A program made the translations under genes and the position numbers. Source: Cyanophora paradoxa CCMP329 (lineage: Eukaryota; Plantae; Glaucophyta). From it: 64,000 bases of DNA. This document shows, in pieces, positions 47,506 to 60,800 of this stretch (position 1 is its first letter; every line of letters begins with the position of its first letter). The notes below the pieces were generated by a model that ran no database searches, was not told where the DNA came from, and worked only from the letters and a program-made list of their open reading frames with translations. The stretch lies in the NCBI GenBank assembly GCA_004431415.1, contig QPMI01000527.1, forward strand, positions 1 to 64,000, in the 5' to 3' direction.

Positions 47506-50500
47506 TTTGGCAAGCTTGTCAACGGCGTCATTGTGGCAGTTGTCAGGAGTATATGCTGGGTTCGGGATACGGTTCTTGGCCGGGGTCCGGGCCGCCTCTT
47601 TCTTTGCGACCGTTTTAGATGTTTTGGCGGACCGTGGTGGCGGCTGGGCGGCGTCGCGGTGAGCGGCTTCAGCTAGGATGGTCGCCGCCTCGAGTGGGGT
47701 CACGTGGGACGGCCGGAAGAGACGGCGTGCTGTTGCGGAAGCTTCGTTGCGGGCCAGGTCAGCGAGCTGAGAGGCGAGTTCTTGGGCGTAGCGAGCACCG
47801 GGAGGGAGGGGGTGGCGGGCCCTGCAGGGCGAGGCGGGGTAGACTCAAGCACAGTTGGGGAGCGCGGAGGGCTGGGTGGTCGGGGGAGGATGGTGGGGAG
47901 TCTAGGGTAGGCAGGGTGCCGCCAGTGGAGACCGGGGGCGGCGTGGCGGGTGGGACGCCCGGGAAGGTCGGTGGGGTCTGAGGGCCGGGAGGGCAGGACC
48001 ACAGCATATAGGGTCAAGGGTGACGGACCCGTAGCAGAGGCTGAGGGCAATATATTCACGGTATCTGCGGAGCGTTGCATTGTCGATCTGAATGTAGGCT
48101 GGGGGGCGGGGCAAGTCCGACGGGGCAAGTGCTGAGGAGCGACTGAGTAGGTCAGCTGTGAGGAGGAGGAGAGGGCCGCAGGCCGTGCTGTTGGGGGGCT
48201 GGAGAACGGAGAGGGATGTCTCCGGGCGTAAATAGGTCCATCTGCAGAATGGAGTGAGGGGGAGGGGGGAACCAGAGTCGCGGTGACTCCAAGTGGCGGC
48301 CAAGTCTTGTGCAAAGGAGACAAGGTGATCAGGGACGTCGAGGGAGCCGTTGTGAATGTAGAACGAGCGCGTCTGAGGAAATAAAGCGAGTAGGTGCCAG
48401 TGTCCCGGGGGCCCTGAGGGTGCCGGGATCTGCCTGAGGGAAGGGTCGGCGAGGGGCTGGTGGGGTATGATGAGTGGGGCGATAGGTAAGGATGGGACAA
48501 GGACAAGGCGGGCATCGAGAAGGCGTCCGGGGGAAGGTATTGGTGCAGGGGGAGAAGGGCAGAGCCCCGAGAGTCAAATTGGGAGGCTGCACTAGCGGGA
48601 TAGGAGCTGGACGACAGGAAGTAGGCAGGGTGAGGCGAGGCCAGGGCGGCTTCACGGGAGGAGAGCATGTCAAGGAAGGCTTCCACAAGGGGGAGGCTGA
48701 GGGCGGCATGCGGCCGGAGGTGGATAAGGTCGCCTCGTCGAATGAGGGAGTGGCGATGAGGGTCATGTCGGGGGGCGGGTGGGAGGGGGGGTTTCGACAT
48801 GAGAGTTTGCTCCGCGCAGTAATCATTGTCTGCAAACCGGAAGGCATTCCCCAGCCAACTTTTCTCCGCCAGCGTCAGGGGGCGAGGGAGGGAAATTCAG
48901 TCGGGTGAGCGGGGTTCGGCCTGGGGAAGTAGTTGGTCGGGCCTCGGGCGCCGGGGGCGTGGGGGTGGGAAGGGCAGGGTGGGGGGGGGTGGGGGCTGCG
49001 GGAGGAGGGAGGGAATTGGGGGACCGGGGGTTACCGGTGTAAGGGACGGGGGGAGAGGGGAGGACGGAAGGAGGAGGGGTGGGGTCTCGCTTGCGTCTGA
49101 CCGGACGGCGGGCTTTGGCTGCCGTGTGCTGGGAGGGGCGGGAGCTGGTGCGCGGGGTCATGCGCTGTCGTTTTGTTGTGAATGCCGGGTCGTTAGCCTG
49201 GACTGTCCCCAGGAGAACCTCAGGGTCCCGGAGAAGGAGAGCGGCCGCCCAACGCTCCCGGTAGATGGGGGCGTGGAAGGGGATAGGGCGGCCCCGTCCT
49301 TTGCCATACAGGTGGACTTCCTCACCGCGGCCAATGAACTCAGCAGCGGTCATGACGAAGAGAGCGTCTTCACCCGTGTGGACGTTTTTCCAGGCTTGTG
49401 TGGGGAAGGTGCTGGTGTCGTACTTCCAGGCCGAGCGTGGGGAGGGGTCGCCGGGGCGGAGAGTCGCCGTCCACCAGCTGATGACCCAGTCGTTAAGAGG
49501 GGCCGTGACGTCGGAGGCGGGTTTGCGGGTGACGTCCAGGATGCGGATTTCGCGGAGGCGGGCCGAGATGATTGCTAGTCGCCAGGGTCGGGACCCAGAG
49601 GGGGGCAGGGGGAGGAGAATATAATCGTATTCCGTTGGGGAGAAAGGGTGCGGGACGTAGGGTCGGTCCAGGTGTGGCTGGCCTGCGCGGGCTTTGAGAG
49701 AGAGGGCAGTGGGGGCTGTGCCCATGAGGATCGAGGTTGCGTGGGAGGACGAGAGGAAGAGGCACTTGGGGGTGGTCGGGGCATGAAGGCGGAAGGAGAC
49801 TTGTCGGTTTTGGAGAAGTCTGAAGAAAGCGTCGACGGGTTCTGCAGGTATGGGTTGTGCGAGGAGAACGGGTGTGGCCAGGTGGGCCCCAGACCGGGGG
49901 TTGGGGTCGATGAGGGAGAGGGGGGCCGCTTTAAGGGCAGCCAGGCGAGATTTTATGCCGTCGAGGAGGGGAAGTACTCGGCGATCATACCTGGGGCCGT
50001 CAGGGTCGATGGCAGCTGAGTAGGGGATGGCTCGGCGTCCATAGCGTTCGAATAAAACAGGAAGGGCGCCGGTTTGGTCGCGGAAAGGGAACGTGGGTGG
50101 GGGGCCAGGCGGGGCGGGGGTGGGGTGGCAGTGCGGGCAGGACAGGGCGGGTCCCCGTGCCCATTGTTCTGCGATCAGGGAGGAAATAGGAACGCCCCAC
50201 ATGCCAGGGTCGCAACGGTGGTACGCGACCAGAGGGGTGCCAGCCTCGGTCTGGGAGGTGGGGGCGAGTGTAAGATCCTCGTCCCAGTACCAGGCGGGGA
50301 GAGGCGTGTCACGGTCGGCGGGGACAGCGGGTTTGCAGAGGGAAGTGGGGTAGAAATGCCAGGTGGGGCCGGAACCCCTAGGATGGGCTAAGTAATAGTC
50401 GAGGGCGAGTTTCCTTGTAGGCCCGGGATCAGGGTAGTCAACATCAGGGGCGTCCTCGGGGAGTGGTTGAAGGAAGATTGGGTTGGGAGGGGAGCAGCAC

Positions 50501-51510
50501 TGGAAGGAGATGCTGTGAGTGATGTCTCTGCGTCCTAAGGCTTCAAGGAAAGCGGAGTAGGCGCGGAGGATGTCGCAGTCCGAGACAATGGTCAGGTGTT
50601 CGTCGGAGGGGAAGAGAGCATGATCCTTGGGAAGTCGGATGCAGCGGTTCCAGATGACGGTTTCCGCCGCCGTGAAGGCGCGTTCAAGTCTGGCGGACGC
50701 GAGGGGGACGAGGTCGAGGACCAGGTGGGTGTTGGTAGTCTCAGAGGCGTCTACATAGTCAACGAGGTCCGCTTGGCATCGGAGGAAATGGTAGTCGGCG
50801 GGGCTGTCAGCTAGAATATATGTGCGAATGTGCCGGCGAGGCGGGAAGAGGGACGAGAATAGGGACGGGGGGAGGGGTGGGGAGGAGTCGTCCGAAAAAA
50901 GGAGTCGGGCATCGGGGATGTCCATTCCGCCAATATAGTGGTAGGGAGCCGAGGCAGAGAACGTCTGCGGGGCGGTAGGTAGGGGGGCAGCTGGTCCGCT
51001 GAGGGGGACACGGGGTCGGCGGGGGGAAGAGGGGGCCGGGCGGCGGGTCGTCGTTGGTGTTGGAGCCGTTGCAGGTGGCCGCGGGATGGTCTTTGGTTGG
51101 TGAGAGGGGACCCACTGAAGCGTGACTTGGAAGTTCGGGTCTTGGGCGATACGAATGGCGTATTGCGTTCGAGCGTTGAGGAGGAGGGCCCCGTCTTCTC
51201 GGCGGAGCAGGGTGCGGAAGTTGATGGGATGGGGGAAAGATGAAGGGTCTTGAAAGGCGAAGGCTGTCAGGGCTCGGATAGTGTTCTGACTGTCCGTGAT
51301 AATTTTCCCGCCCGTGGGCCCGAAATACGTGAATGCTGCGGAGATTGTGCCTGCTAGCTCTCCCAGGTTCACGTTGTGTTGGACGCCGGGGAGACGGAGG
51401 GCGAACTCGATTTTGTCAGGCAGGTCGGGATTATTTTCGAGGGGTGCAAGGCCGGCGTAAGTGGTTCGGACGGAGGCGGAGCCCTGTTTTTGTGTGCTGG
51501 CGTCCGTGTA
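47506..51510 (-). CDS. LINE RNase H domain split by a large insertion
   Basis: YTDAS (starting 51510), NLGEL, IITDSQ, WVPSH (51114-51100) ... HNDAVDKLAK (47535-47506). Confidence 0.75.
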
Positions 51511-53049
51511 TATTACCCGGGGAGTAGGTCCGGAGGGAAGGGGCGGGAGTTTAGTGCGCGGAGTGTAGGGCAGAGCTCTGCGAAAAGGGCTCGGGAGGTA
51601 ATGAAAAGGAAGTCGAGCCCGGCCGGGGATTCATAGAAGTCGCGGTCGGCTTGTGATGCGGGGTCATAAGGCGTGGGCGTCTCTCGAGGGCAACATTGGT
51701 AGCCTGGGCCTCCGCTCGGAAAGAGTCCCACCAGTCAGTTTCCCGGAGCCAGAGGTCGATGAAGCCAATGTGTGTGATTTCGCGGGGAGGTTGGGAGGGG
51801 GAGTTCGGGGTCATATTGAGCAGGAGGGGTAGCTGAGGAGGGTCAAGGCGGGCTTTTTTAGCTGCTCGTGTGGGTTGAGCACGGGAGGGCTGCTGTCCTC
51901 TAGAGTGGGAGCATGTGAAGGCGGAGGTGGAGTCGGGCAGCTGCCGGGAGCGGGTGGGCACCGGCCTATTGAGATTGGAGAGGCTCGGAGACCAGCCCTT
52001 CGATTCGCACGACGAGCCTGCCGGGATTCGGCGGACGTGAGATGCGTACTCGACCCATCGACAAGCAGTCGTAGAGAGGCCCAGCTCGCGATGAAGCTGT
52101 TCAGAGCCGCAGTATTTTGGGTGAGGGCAAAATTGGAATTCCAGTCTGCGTTCACGCCAGGCGGGGTCGAGCTCAAGCGCCGATAGACCGGGGTCGCGCA
52201 TGGAGAAGCCATCATATGGGGTGAGGCAGTAATGGACGAGTTCCACCCCATAGTTATACTCTGAATCTCGGGGGCAGTTAGGATCCGCATCGGAGTCCTC
52301 CGAAGCTAGTTCGTCCGGGTTTTCGTCTGGGATAGGGGGTTTCCCCACGACGCGGCCGACCAGGCCTTGGGATGTCCAGACAAAGTCACCAATGTTGAGT
52401 CCCGCAAGGACGGCATTAGCTTGGAGAGAGCGACGAATGTCTGGGATAGAGGGCGGCGGAGGCATAGGGTGGCGGGGGAGGAAAGGGGACCGGGTGGAGG
52501 GGCGGGGAAGAGAGAGTTCTTCGCGGACAGCGTCCCACCAGGAGGGGGCACGTTTGTAGTATGCCGGGACACGGCCGTGACTCCAGAGGAGGGACCATTC
52601 GGCAAGGGAGCCGTCAGGGGCCGTGATGTCGCGGATTGTGAGGAGGCCGCAGCGATAGAGTCGCTGACCGGCTTGTTGGAGGGTGAGGGGCGACAATTGC
52701 GTTGATATAATATATTCTCGTCGAAGATGGGAGCGGCGGGAGGGGAGGCCATGTGTCCAGGAGTCGCACGTTGTGAGGATGTGATGGGAGGTGGAGGTCA
52801 GGTCTGCCGTGATGGCAAGCGTAATATTTTTCTGTAGTGTGAGGGCCCCGAGGGGAGGTTCGGATATTCGTGTGGGAGAAGGGGAAGCCCGTATCGGGCC
52901 TGGGTGTCGAGGACACGTTGTCGGTATATTTGGCCGTAGAGTGATGATGTGTGAGAGGCTAGTTCCTGGCGGAGGCGCTCGTCGACGCACTGCTGTTGGC
53001 GTTGGATGACAGCTATTGAGGGAAGGCGATAGATGGAAGAGAAGGCAGC

Positions 53050-54688
53050 CGTGGAAACGGACTGGGCCAGGTTGGCCGTGTGTTTGGCCGCGGTGAGCCA
53101 GACAGCGTCGAGGGATTGGCATTGGGATGGCGTTAAGGTCATGATGCGGAGAGGGTATGCCAGTTTGGGGAAGAGAACCCGATGTAGTATCACTTGGAAT
53201 TCGTGGACGGTAATCTTCTTTGTGGCTAAGACGGAGATTGCGGACTGGAGCTGGGACTTGAGTAGACGGACTTGGTGGGTCCAAGACAGGGTCGCAGTAA
53301 ACTGGACGCCGAGGACGCGGAATGGTGTTGTGGGGGAGAGGATGTGGCCAACCTCAGCTCTGGAATCGCCGACGCCGACATAGTATTTGCTCTTGACTGG
53401 CGCTTCGGATCGGGGGGTTTCCAGTGGAAAATTTCCGTCTTTTTGGCGTTCAGGTTCATGCCATGGATATGGAGAAATTCGGACAACCAGTCAAGCATAT
53501 GTTGGAGACCCTGAGCCGAGCTGGCAAGCATGGTGGTGTCATCGGCGTATGCGAGCACAGAGACTGTGGGGCAGGGACCGGCGGGGAAGTAGAGGGGTTC
53601 GCCAGGACATGGTGGGCGGGGGAACGGGGGCGGGTAGGGTCAGATCGGTGCGGCCCGAGCTGGTAGCCGAAATTGGACTGAGTCGCTCGTTCTTCTATGG
53701 CGGTGAGAGCGGCGTCGAAGAAAATGCACCAGTGGAGAGGGGCTTCGATGCCTCCTTGGGGGAGGCCACAGGGGACTTGAAAATATTCCGTGCGGCCGTG
53801 GGGGGTAAGGATGCACGCCGTGCGGTGTTGAGCTGCTTTTTTGTGGAGGGCTATATAGCGTTTTCCTTCAGGATGGAGGTGGAGTTGGATACGATTAAGG
53901 CTGAGCTCTTGGCTATGCCAGGAGACACTGTCGTAGGCGCTGGCAATATCCCCCAGGCCGCCGAAGATTGGCTTTTTGAACTGGTGCGCGTCCTCGAGGG
54001 AGGATCGGAGGGCGTAGAGAACAGGGTCGGTAGATTCGCGGCGACAAAAACCATAGTTGCGGCCGCGTAGTATGTTATGTGTATCAATGCGGTCTTCCAT
54101 GCGGTGGGTCAGGAGGCCCGTGACCAGCTTCCAGGTGACTTCTTGAAGGGTGATGGGGCGGAGATCGGCAAGATCTGCTGAATTATCACGTTTCGGGATA
54201 GCGTAGACTTGACCGCGAAGTGCGTGGTCGGGCACGTGGCCGAGAAGAGTGGATTGAACTAGAGCTCGGATGGCGTCGCGCGAGGTGGTCCAGTGAGCCG
54301 CGGACTCGAAGCTGTTTATCTCGTCGGTAGAGTGTGAGGCGGCTAAGGCCTGGCGTTCCGTCTTGGAGAGGCGGAGGGGGGACCAGAGCATTTTAATCAT
54401 TCCGTTCGTGAGGCCGGAGGGACCGCCTGCGCCATTGGACAGGGACGAGATGAGGCGATCGAGTTCGGGGTCCTCTGGCATGGCCATTAGTCCGTCCCAG
54501 ACGGCGGGGGTGAAGTGGGAAAGGGGTCGGTACTGGCGTTTCCAAAATCTGCCCAACCAGGCGCCGTTTTCAATGTCCGCGAATTTCGTAGCTATGGCAT
54601 CCAGGTTTGGGGCAGCCTTGCGGAGTCGCCAGAAATTTTTGAAGTGATCCAGATGTGCGCGTTTAATTTCATTGGGATCAGTGAGCAC
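53050..54688 (-). CDS. LINE reverse transcriptase domain, frameshifted
   Basis: DLRPITLQEVTWKL, NYGF, DIASAYDSV, GLPQGGIEAP, LAYADD (YADD at 53549-53538), GMNLNAKKT, FRVLGV, LFPKLAY. Confidence 0.95.
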
Positions 54689-55514
54689 TTCGGGTAGCCC
54701 CGCTGCCGTGCGGGTAAGGTATAGGCGGGGGCGGATCGGAAGCGGGAGAGGAGGAGTTGAATAGCCCGACCCATACTTCGACAGTGGGACAGGAGGTGGC
54801 GGCGGGTGTCAATATTGCGAGCAATGTCGGCTTCGGTATATGCACGGCGATGATTGTCCAGGGCGGCCCGCGCCTGTAAGTGCCATGTACTTAGTTGAGT
54901 ATGGTACTCGGCGATTTCAGAGCCTGTAATGGTACCATTCTCGAAGTCAGGGTAATTGGGAGGGTCGGGGAAAGCGAGGAGGGAGGGGCAGAATGTCAGT
55001 GTGGTGTCCGAGCCCGCAGCTTTTCGGATGTCCGTCACGTCTTTGGGAAGGTCCCGGAGGACGGCCCGGATAGTTTCGTCAGGCGGGTGGTCTGTGGAGC
55101 CTTGGTGCGCCCAGTCGTGTAAGGCCTGTCCAACGCGGCCAACGAGTTGTTCGTCGTCAGCGTCCAGTGCAGATAGATGGTTGAACTTAGCCATATCTCC
55201 CTGGGCAGCTACGCGGTGTTGGAGGACTTTAGCAGTAGAGAATTCTTGGGAGTGGGCGACGGACTTGATACTTTGGGCGATAGCACAGAGGAGGGAGCGG
55301 TGGGATTTCGTGGCGCGTTGGGCGTAGTCGGGGCTGCTCTCGGGAGTGAGAAGGAGCTGGATATACCGCTGGCCGTGTTTATTGAGAAAAGTTTCGACAG
55401 CGAGCTTGAAAGCAAGCCGGATGGGTGCAGGTTGGGCGGCATAGTTGAAGAGAGGAGGGAGAGGCTGGGGTCGGGGCTGGCGGGGCTCCGTAGGGGGGCA
55501 GAGAGCACGCCTTC

Positions 55515-56395
55515 GGTTTTGAAGGTCGCAAGTACGGGGAGATGGTCGGCTGTGAGTAAAGGGGACGGTCGGCCAGGGACATAAAGCGTGCGAGTCCCTA
55601 GTGATCGGGCCGCGAGAGTGGGGGAGGCAAGGGCGTAGTCGATGCGGGCGGCGTCCAGGAGGGGGCGGTGGCCCTGATCGTCAAGAAAGTCGGCGTGGCG
55701 GGAAACATGTGTGAAATCGCCCGGGGTTCCGGTATCATAAAGACCCCAGGTCTCGCGGAAAAGGGTCCATATTTCTGCGTAGGAGTTCGGGGGGGTAGTT
55801 TCAGTGCGCCGGTTGCCCCCGGTGATCCGGTCGTTGCACGGAGAGTAGGTGCTATTCATATCGCCGAGTACCAGGAGATGCGTCTGCCAGTCAGGTTCGT
55901 GGATGTCGGGTGCAACCTTCGCGGTCAGGTATTCGGTGAGGTCGTGGAGCTCTTTTTGCAAATTGTCGTGCCCGCAGTCCGGCACGTAGAGTGAGAGGAC
56001 AATGAGGCGCTCGCGCGTGCGCGGGAAGTCAAATCGGGCGCCGGCTACTCGGCCGTCAAACGCATAATCCGCCTGGCGGTGCGCTGCATAGCTTGCTGAG
56101 ATCCATAGCGCGGAGCCAGCGGTGCCAGGGCGGGCCGCGGATGGAGGAGAATAGACAAGGTAGCTAGATTTATGGCGGCGGACTGCTGTCTTAATCAGGT
56201 GATCGCGGATATTGGGCGGAAAGGGCTTCGAGGGGGGGCGGTCGGTAGGGACCATGTCGACCTCTTGAAGAGCAACGAAGTGGCAGTCCCAGTCACGGCG
56301 GCCATAGTCAATTGCGCTGATAAATTTAGTTGCAATATTGTTGCCGCTCGCCTTCCCCTCCAAGCGGCGAATATTCCACGTGAGGGCGCGGAGGT
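55515..56395 (-). CDS. LINE apurinic-like (APE/EEP) endonuclease domain
   Basis: LTWNIRRL, ALQEVD, SLYVP, LGDMNS, FTH, RIDYAL, ADHLPV. Confidence 0.92.
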
Positions 56396-57859
56396 TCAGC
56401 TTCGCATTTGCCGCGTCCGGGGGGTGTGCTAGGACAGGGATCTGGAGCGCATCACGGTGGTGGCGAGCGTCAATACGGTCAGCGGTGTACAGAGAGGGAG
56501 GGTATAATGTTAGAAGGGACGAGGCCGCCGTGACTAGTGGCGGAGAGGAGAGGGCGGCGGCGGCGGTAGCGACTGCGGCGGCCGTTGCTGTGCTGGGCTC
56601 GATGTCCGCAAGGGCGACGGGGACAAGGGCGGCGAGGAGAACACAGAGGAGGAGGTGTGTGAGGAGAGGGGCCGGGCGGCTGAAGGACCGTTGGGTTTGT
56701 GGGGCGCGGCGCGCAGGCCGGCGCCGGCCCAGGAGTTCGAGACCGGCGTCATGCGGCGCAGCGTCCGTGACGCCGGCGTCGGCGGGGCCAGCGCCGGCGT
56801 GCACGTGGGCACTAGCGCGGGGGCTAACTGCGAGGTACGCGGCCGTACGCATGGCTAGTACGCGTCCGGATCCGTACGCGTGGTTCGTACGACAACTCTC
56901 GGCGTCATGCAGCGCAGCGTCCGAGCTCGAGGCGCCGGCGTTGGTGGGGCCAGCACTAGCGTGGGCGCCAGTGCTAGCTGAGTAACCTGCAATGGCAGTG
57001 CCGGTGCTACAGCCAGGCGCCGGCTCGCGGCCGTACGCAGGGGGAACGGTATACGTACTAGCTATAGTGCAGCTAGTCAAGCACTCGCGGATTGCGGTCC
57101 AATTTGCGGAGGCATTGGGCCGCTTCGAATCATTGCCCGACTCATCAATCGCATGAATAAAAAAACCTGTTCGCGTTGGGGTTTTTTGACGGCACGCGGT
57201 GGGGGTACCGGTAGGCGCAGTGTCGTCCGGGGCCCTGAGACGTTCCGACCGGAAGGGGAAACTCCACCGGCTACTGCAGTATGCGACGGCTCTGATGGGG
57301 CTTCCGTGCTCCAGTCCAGCGATCAAGTTCTGGAGCATGCCGTAGCGCGGTCTAGCGACCGTGGTCCAGGAGGTGCTCCAGATGTAGACACGGCGACTGA
57401 GCTGTGAAAGTACTTGCGCGGCCTGCTGGATGCCGAGGCGAGCAGCGCGGCGTGGCGCGGCAGCGGCAATAGTATCTCGACTGGGATTGACCTCTTGCGA
57501 CGCGCTCGACGGGCGGGGCGTCGCAGATGGACCTCCGGGACACTTCTGCAGCCTTAGGTTTGCTCTAGGGATCGGACAGTCGACTCGGGCGCGGCGCCGA
57601 GCCGCCGGGCCGACAGCGTCCTGCAGGTCGCGCGGCGTGGGCGGAGGCGAGACGGGCGGCGCGCTGAGGACCGGCGGCGGCTTCGCGTCAGGTCCGGGTC
57701 CGTCAGCACGGGCGCGGGGCCGGGCGGCGGAAAGGCTGATAGTGTCTTGCAGGTCGCGTGGTGCCGGCGCGGGCGGAGGCGAGACGGGCGGCGCGCGGGG
57801 GCCCGGCGGCGGCTTCACTGCGGGTCCGGGTCCGTAAGCGCGGGTGCGGCGCCGGGCGG

Positions 57860-60800
57860 CGGTGAGGCCGACAGCGTCCCGCAGGTCTAGCGGCGCGAGC
57901 TGGGGCGAGGCGGGCGGTGCGCGGGGGCTCGGTGGCGGCGTCACTTCCGGCCCAGGTCCGTCAAATCGGGCGCAGGGCGGGGCGGCGGTGAGGCCGACAG
58001 CGTCCCGCAGGTCTAGCGGCGCGAGCTGGGGCGAGGCGGGCGGTGCGCGAGGGCTCGGTGGCGGCGTCACTTCCGGCCCAGGTCCGTCAGCTCGGGCGCA
58101 GCGCGGGGCAGCAGGGGGGTCGACAGCGTCCCGCAGGTCTAGCGGCGCGAGCTGGGGCGAGGCGGGTGGCGCACGGGGGCACGGCGGCGGCTTCACTTCC
58201 GGCCCAGGTCCGTCAGCTCGGGCGCAGCGCGGGGCGGCGGGAGGGCCGACAGCGTCCCGCAGGTCTAGCGGCGCGAGCTGGGGCGAGGCGGGTGGCGCAC
58301 GGGGGCACGGCGACGGCTTCACTTCCGGCCCAGGTCCGTCAGCTCGGGCGCAGCGCGGGGCGGCGGAGGGGCCGACATCGTCCCGCAGGTCTAGCGGCGC
58401 GAGCTGGGGCGAGGCGGGTGGCGCGCGGGGGCTCGGTGGCGGCGTCACTTCCGGCCCAGGTCCGTCAGCTCGGGCGCAGCGCGGGGCGGCGGGAGGGCCG
58501 ACAGCGTCCCGCAGGTCTAGCGGCGCGAGCTGGGGCGAGGCGGGCGGCGCGCTGGGGCACGGCGGCGGCTTCACTTCCGGCCCAGGTCCGTCAGCTCGGG
58601 CGCAGCGCGGGGCAGCAGGGGGGCCGACAGCGTCCCGCAGATCTAGCGGCGCGAGCTGGGGCGAGGCGGGCGGCGCGCGGGGGCCCGGCGGCGGCTTGTC
58701 TTCAGGTCCAGGCCCGTCAAATCGGGCGCAGCGCGGGGCGGCAGTGAGGCCGACAGCGTCCCGCAGGTCTAGCGGCGCGAGCTGGGGCGAGGCGGGCGGC
58801 GAGCGAGGGCTCGGCGGCGGCTTGTCTTCAGGTCCAGGCCCGTCAAATCGGGCGCAGCGCGGGGCGGCGGTGAGGCCGACAGCGTCCCGCAGGTCTAGCG
58901 GCGCGAGCTGGGGCGAGGCGGGCGGTGCGCGAGGGCTCGGTGGCGGCGTCACTTCCGGCCCAGGTCCGTCAGCTCGGGCGCAGCGCGGGGCAGCAGGGGG
59001 GTCGACAGCGTCCCGCAGGTCTAGCGGCGCGAGCTGGGGCGAGGCGGGCGGCGCGCGGGGGCACGGCGGCGGCTTCACTTCCGGCCCAGGTCCGTCAGCT
59101 CGGGCGCAGCGCGGGGCGGCGGGAGGGCCGACATCGTCCCGCAGGTCTAGCGGCGCGAGCTGGGGCGAGGCGGGTGGCGCACGGGGGCACGGCGACGGCT
59201 TCACTTCCGGCCCAGGTCCGTCAGCTCGGGCGCAGCGCGGGGCGGCGGAGGGGCCGACATCGTCCCGCAGGTCTAGCGGCGCGAGCTGGGGCGAGGCGGG
59301 TGGCGCGCGGGGGCTCGGTGGCGGCGTCACTTCCGGCCCAGGTCCGTCAGCTCGGGCGCAGCGCGGGGCGGCGGGAGGGCCGACAGCGTCCCGCAGGTCT
59401 AGCGGCGCGAGCTGGGGCGAGGCGGGCGGCGCGCTGGGGCACGGCGGCGGCTTCACTTCCGGCCCAGGTCCGTCAGCTCGGGCGCAGCGCGGGGCAGCAG
59501 GGGGCCGACAGCGTCCCGCAGATCTAGCGGCGCGAGCTGGGGCGAGGCGGGCGGCGCGCGGGGGCCCGGCGGCGGCTTGTCTTCAGGTCCAGGCCCGTCA
59601 AATCGGGCGCAGCGCGGGGCGGCAGTGAGGCCGACAGCGTCCCGCAGGTCTAGCGGCGCGAGCTGGGGCGAGGCGGGCGGCGAGCGAGGGCTCGGCGGCG
59701 GCTTGTCTTCAGGTCCAGGCCCGTCAAATCGGGCGCAGCGCGGGGCGGCGGTGAGGCCGACAGCGTCCCGCAGGTCTAGCGGCGCGAGCTGGGGCGAGGC
59801 GGGCGGTGCGCGGGGGCTCGGTGGCGGCGTCACTTCCGGCCCAGGTCCGTCAGCTCGGGCGCAGCGCGGGGCGGCGGGAGGGCCGATAGCGTCCCGCAGG
59901 TCTAGCGGCGCGAGCTGGGGCGAGGCGGGCGGCGCGCGGGGGCTCGGCGACGGCTTCACTTCCGGCCCAGGTCCGTCAGCTCGGGCGCAGCGCGGGGCGG
60001 CGGGAGGGCCGACATCGTCCCGCAGGTCTAGCGGCGCGAGCTGGGGCGAGGCGGGCGGCGCGCTGGGGCACGGCGGCGGCTTCACTTCCGGCCCAGGTCC
60101 GTCAGCTCGGGCGCAGCGCGGGGCAGCAGGGGGGCCGACAGCGTCCCGCAGATCTAGCGGCGCGAGCTGGGGCGAGGCGGGCGGCGCGCGGGGGCCCGGC
60201 GGCGGCTTGTCTTCAGGTCCAGGCCCGTCAAATCGGGCGCAGCGCGGGGCGGCAGTGAGGCCGACAGCGTCCCGCAGGTCTAGCGGCGCGAGCTGGGGCG
60301 AGGCGGGCGGCGAGCGAGGGCTCGGCGGCGGCTTGTCTTCAGGTCCAGGCCCGTCAAATCGGGCGCAGCGCGGGGCGGCGGAGGGGCCGACATCGTCCCG
60401 CAGGTCTAGCGGCGCGAGCTGGGGCGAGGCGGGCGGCGCGCGGGGGCTCGGCGACGGCTTCACTTCCGGCCCAGGTCCGTCAGCTCGGGCGCAGCGCGGG
60501 GCGGCGGGAGGGCCGACAGCGTCTCGCAGGTCTAGCGGCGCGAGCTGGGGCGAGGCGGGCGGCGCGCTGGGGCACGGCGGCGGCTTCACTTCCGGCCCAG
60601 GTCCGTCAGCTCGGGCGCAGCGCGGGGCGGCGGAGGGGCCGACATCGTCCCGCAGGTCTAGCGGCGCGAGCTGGGGCGAGGCGGGCGGCGCGCGGGGGCT
60701 CGGTGGCGGCGTCACTTCCGGCCCAGGTCCGTCAGCTCGGGCGCAGCGCGGGGCGGCGGGAGGGCCGATAGCGTCCCGCAGGTCTAGCGGCGCGAGCTGG

